The position numbers were made by a program, and so were the translations under genes. The notes under the pieces are model-generated. The model had not been told where the DNA came from, did not search any database, and worked only from the letters and a program-made list of their open reading frames with translations. Source: an uncultured Chlamydiae bacterium (GTDB lineage Bacteria; Chlamydiota; Chlamydiia; Chlamydiales; JAJFMA01). Taken from it: DNA of 64,000 nt. This document shows positions 61,178 to 64,000 of this stretch, piece by piece. The stretch is from NCBI GenBank assembly GCA_963713615.1, contig CAVQMM010000001.1, positions 1,824,001 to 1,888,000 of the forward strand, read 5' to 3'. Every line of letters starts with the position of its first letter. Position 1 is the stretch's first letter.

Positions 61178-61357
61178 CTACCGTGTACGACGATACTTCT
61201 GAGCTGCTTTGGACTTAGCACGTTTTCTTACGGAGGGCTTTAGGTAAAAGCGATGTGCCTTAACCGTCTTCATAACGCCTTCTTTGTCCAATCTCTTCTT
61301 CAAAATACGAAGAGCCTTGTCAATTGAGTCACCGGCTCGGAGTCTTATCTGAGTCAT
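61178..61357 (-). CDS. rpsU: 30S ribosomal protein S21 (59 aa)
   Basis: [59 protein letters not shown]; missed by ORF track. Confidence 0.93.
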   Translation of the reverse strand: MTQIRLRAGDSIDKALRILKKRLDKEGVMKTVKAHRFYLKPSVRKRAKSKAAQKYRRTR

Positions 61358-61634
61358 CCAATCAATTCCTGATGAGAACTTTTATCCATCCTGTCGTCGT
61401 CTCCTTGATTATTACATAATTCATAGGGACTTCTGTAGATAGGCAAGATTATAGCAGAGAGCGGGATATTGATCAACCCCTCTGCCCCCTTTTTCTATCT
61501 TTGCAGCGGCTTAGCTCCGTGAATGACGAAGCCTATGTGCACTGAAAATAGCGGGTCCAAAGATTCTTGTCAGCAATAACTCTTTATGGGTAATCAGGTT
61601 CATCCGGTAATCAACCAACTATAAGGAGAAGTCT

Positions 61635-61781
61635 ATGGATAGGAGCATTAAAAATCGCCAGTCTATTCAATCTAGCATCTTGAACTGGCTTCACATATTC
61701 ATTTTCGATCTAATATACCAGCATTACCTACATTTCATTCATCTGAAACTGTGTAAGCATTACTATAAATCATCTAGGTAA
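61635..61781 (+). CDS. Putative 48-aa small protein
   Basis: TAAGGAG upstream of ATG; MDRSIKNRQSIQSSILNWLHIFIFDLIYQHYLHFIHLKLCKHYYKSSR. Confidence 0.35.
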   Translation: MDRSIKNRQSIQSSILNWLHIFIFDLIYQHYLHFIHLKLCKHYYKSSR

Positions 61782-61826
61782 ACACGATTTATATTGCTCT
61801 TTTTCGATATAAATCACTTCTGTATG

Positions 61827-61855
61827 TTGACATTAAATATCGAATCTAATAATAT
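61827..61855 (+). promoter_or_regulatory. sigma70/sigma66-type promoter
   Basis: TTGACA-N17-TAATAT. Confidence 0.6.
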
Positions 61856-61892
61856 CAATGCTTGATAACAAAGATCTCCCTCCTCTCCATTT

Positions 61893-61927
61893 CCGGAAGA
61901 AGCCGCAAGGCCTCTTCCGGTTTTTTT
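61893..61927 (+). terminator. Rho-independent terminator
   Basis: CCGGAAGA-AGCC-GCAA-GGC-C-TCTTCCGG followed by T7. Confidence 0.85.
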
Positions 61928-62015
61928 ATGCATGCATGTCTTTTTCACAAGCAAAACAATGCAAGCTTGTAACGCAGGTAAGGTTTGTTTGCTTTAATCT
62001 TTTGAAAATGTGAAT

Positions 62016-62705
62016 TTACGTAACGTCTGGTCTTGTTTCTCTGTCGAGCTCTGCCTGCGTCTTGCGCAGGTAAAGGATTTCGACCTGGCCATCTGTAGAA
62101 AACTGCCCGTCCTGATAGGACTGCCGAGCCATTTTCACCATTTGGATGGCTTCTGGGGCTTTTTCAATCCAGCGCCACTCCTTTGCAGAGTTCAACTTCC
62201 TCATTTTGTCTGGTAATGTTTGCGCTACTGGCGTTACGATAACATCGACATTCTGGAGTAGATTGACAATCTGTTCAAGCGGAGCAATGTCTGGCAAAGA
62301 TAAAAACTCTATTTGAGTGCCGGTACGTTTTCCCAATAGGTAGTAGGCCCCGCCAACTTTGGCATCAATCAATGCTGCAAAATGACCATCTTCGGGAGGA
62401 ATGAGGCCAAACAGGGTCGACACCCCGACCAAGGGATGACGATGTGCAAAGGCCAGTGCTTTAGCTGTCGCCACCCCTACCCGAATGCCGGTATAGGATC
62501 CCGGACCCGACGCCACAGCGATTAAGTTAAAATTCGCTGTAGTTAGGTTGAGTTGTTTTAAAGCATGGTCCAAGGCTGGTAACAGCGCCTTTGAATTCTG
62601 CAATCCAAATGGAAGCTCCTCGGAAAATAGCTCTTCATCATCTTTAAAGATGGCCAAAATGCCGCGTTCTGTGCACGTATCAATTAAGAGGGTTAGCATG
62701 TCCAT
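62016..62705 (-). CDS. tsaB: tRNA t6A biosynthesis protein TsaB
   Basis: IDT, GPGSYTGIRVG, IDAK, LYLR. Confidence 0.92.
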   Translation of the reverse strand: MDMLTLLIDTCTERGILAIFKDDEELFSEELPFGLQNSKALLPALDHALKQLNLTTANFNLIAVASGPGSYTGIRVGVATAKALAFAHRHPLVGVSTLFGLIPPEDGHFAALIDAKVGGAYYLLGKRTGTQIEFLSLPDIAPLEQIVNLLQNVDVIVTPVAQTLPDKMRKLNSAKEWRWIEKAPEAIQMVKMARQSYQDGQFSTDGQVEILYLRKTQAELDRETRPDVT

Positions 62706-63799
62706 CCAATCGGTGAAGGAACAAAAATCTTCTGGAGCGTACGCAGGAAGAAGCCATCAGTCATTCCGGCCACATAATCGATGACTTGTCGAGCAGCGGA
62801 ACTTGTGCCTAGGTAGCCCTCGTCGCGGTCATGGAGAAAGTGTTTCCAGATGTAGCTGTTATGACCCTTGCCCTGAAGATCCTCCAACAAATATTCAACT
62901 AGCAAGCCGTAGCCTCGCTGAATTTTTTCCGATTCTACTTTGAGACGCGGCTCAAAATAAATGTGCTCTTGGCTGAAGGTTCTTAGGGCACGGATACCCT
63001 TGAAAACCGAATCTGACATGGAAATACATTCCTGATCCATGCTGCAACTAATGACATCTTCGGCAAAAATGCGTAAGATCTGTGTCGACTCACTGCCCAG
63101 ACTTGTCTGTGGTATCTGCTCACGACGAATAATTCCTAAGCTAATGGCGTCTTCAAGATCACGCGCGAGATAGCTGATGGTATCACAAACTTTCACAAGA
63201 CAGCCTTCTAGTGTCGTTGGAATGCAAGTTGTCTCAGGATTACGAAGCTTACTTTCAAGGTCCTCTTCATGGTCAGCCCAAGTTTTTTCCCACCGAGGAG
63301 TGATCGACGATGAGGACATACCGCCATCGTGACAAAGAATCCCATCGTAAACGGCTAATCCCAGATTCAGGGGTTCTAACACGGATAGCTGCCGACAGGA
63401 CTGCCAAGCGTGGGCAAAAATCCCCAAATCATGTTTTACGGATAGAGCCGACAAATAGCCTTCGCCCTCGTGTCCGAATGGAGGATGCCCCACATCATGC
63501 CCAAGCGCAATCGCTTCGACAAGAGAAGCATTCAGACGAAGGACCTCTGCGATGCCTCGTGCTAAACTGCTGACCAGTTGAACATGAATGGCACGATGAG
63601 AGATGTGGTCATTAGCTACCAAGTAGATGACCTGAGTCTTATCCACATAGCGAGAATAGGCATTGGACTGCAGGATGCAATCGGCGTCTCGGCGATAGGG
63701 CGTTCGATAGCTATCGGCCTCTTGGGAATAGCGAGGATGATAGTCAGCCGAAACAGCCGCTCGATGAAATAGATTAGTCTCGTATGCCATGGTCGTCAT
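62693..63799 (-). CDS. HD-domain dGTP triphosphohydrolase-like protein
   Basis: YRRD, KTQV, HRAIH, LGHDVGHPPFGH, DYVAGMTD. Confidence 0.88.
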   Translation of the reverse strand: MTTMAYETNLFHRAAVSADYHPRYSQEADSYRTPYRRDADCILQSNAYSRYVDKTQVIYLVANDHISHRAIHVQLVSSLARGIAEVLRLNASLVEAIALGHDVGHPPFGHEGEGYLSALSVKHDLGIFAHAWQSCRQLSVLEPLNLGLAVYDGILCHDGGMSSSSITPRWEKTWADHEEDLESKLRNPETTCIPTTLEGCLVKVCDTISYLARDLEDAISLGIIRREQIPQTSLGSESTQILRIFAEDVISCSMDQECISMSDSVFKGIRALRTFSQEHIYFEPRLKVESEKIQRGYGLLVEYLLEDLQGKGHNSYIWKHFLHDRDEGYLGTSSAARQVIDYVAGMTDGFFLRTLQKIFVPSPIGWTC

Positions 63800-64000
63800 T
63801 GTAGCGCATTGTGAAGGTTATTGTAACGCATTGTGAAGCTTTTTTACCACAGAGTCCATAGTTAAGCACGGCGTAAGCAGGGCGAATAACCCATCCAAAA
63901 GTAACGGATATGCAGGATCGCTTCGCGGCATGATATGCAGGATCACTCCCATCTTCTTCAGAGTCATAGGGTTAACTTTATCTTAAAAAACTAATGGGAT

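Overview
Bacterial chromosome segment, most likely from an environmental member of Chlamydiota. Support for this: a CADD-like gene, CT016/CT017-like genes beside PIN-PhoH, chlamydial-type tmRNA next to ileS - long lepB - CT021-like gene, and dnaJ-rpsU-tsaB. Core genes are interleaved with accessory DNA, especially from about 11 to 28 kb (collagen/BclA-like protein, Lpg1974-like OMP, a complete IS1634 with TIRs and a 6-bp TSD, a 714-aa HNH-like/XRE protein, HigBA, a 160-bp MITE with an 8-bp TSD, two frameshifted genes). RNA genes: tmRNA (27956-28361, -, tag ANEQTQYAWFQNGEEPVLAYAA) and tRNA-Pro(CGG) (44019-44093, -). The most striking signal is non-coding: at least five unrelated palindromic repeat families. 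Three single genes are each bracketed by an inverted-repeat pair: a four-helix-bundle gene whose start and stop codons sit inside its 9-mer repeat arms, a GxxExxY PD-(D/E)XK nuclease, and an orphan Inc-like membrane protein carrying the same arms as the nuclease but with cassette-specific co-varying bases. There are also six copies of a GGAG-REP doublet (REPIN-like) with three different spacers. Other points: a CIRCE operator, several unannotated small ORFs and sRNA candidates, an acs with a signal-peptide-like N-terminus, and a SWIM protein with an AT-hook/H1-like tail. All family assignments are by motif recognition, not database search.
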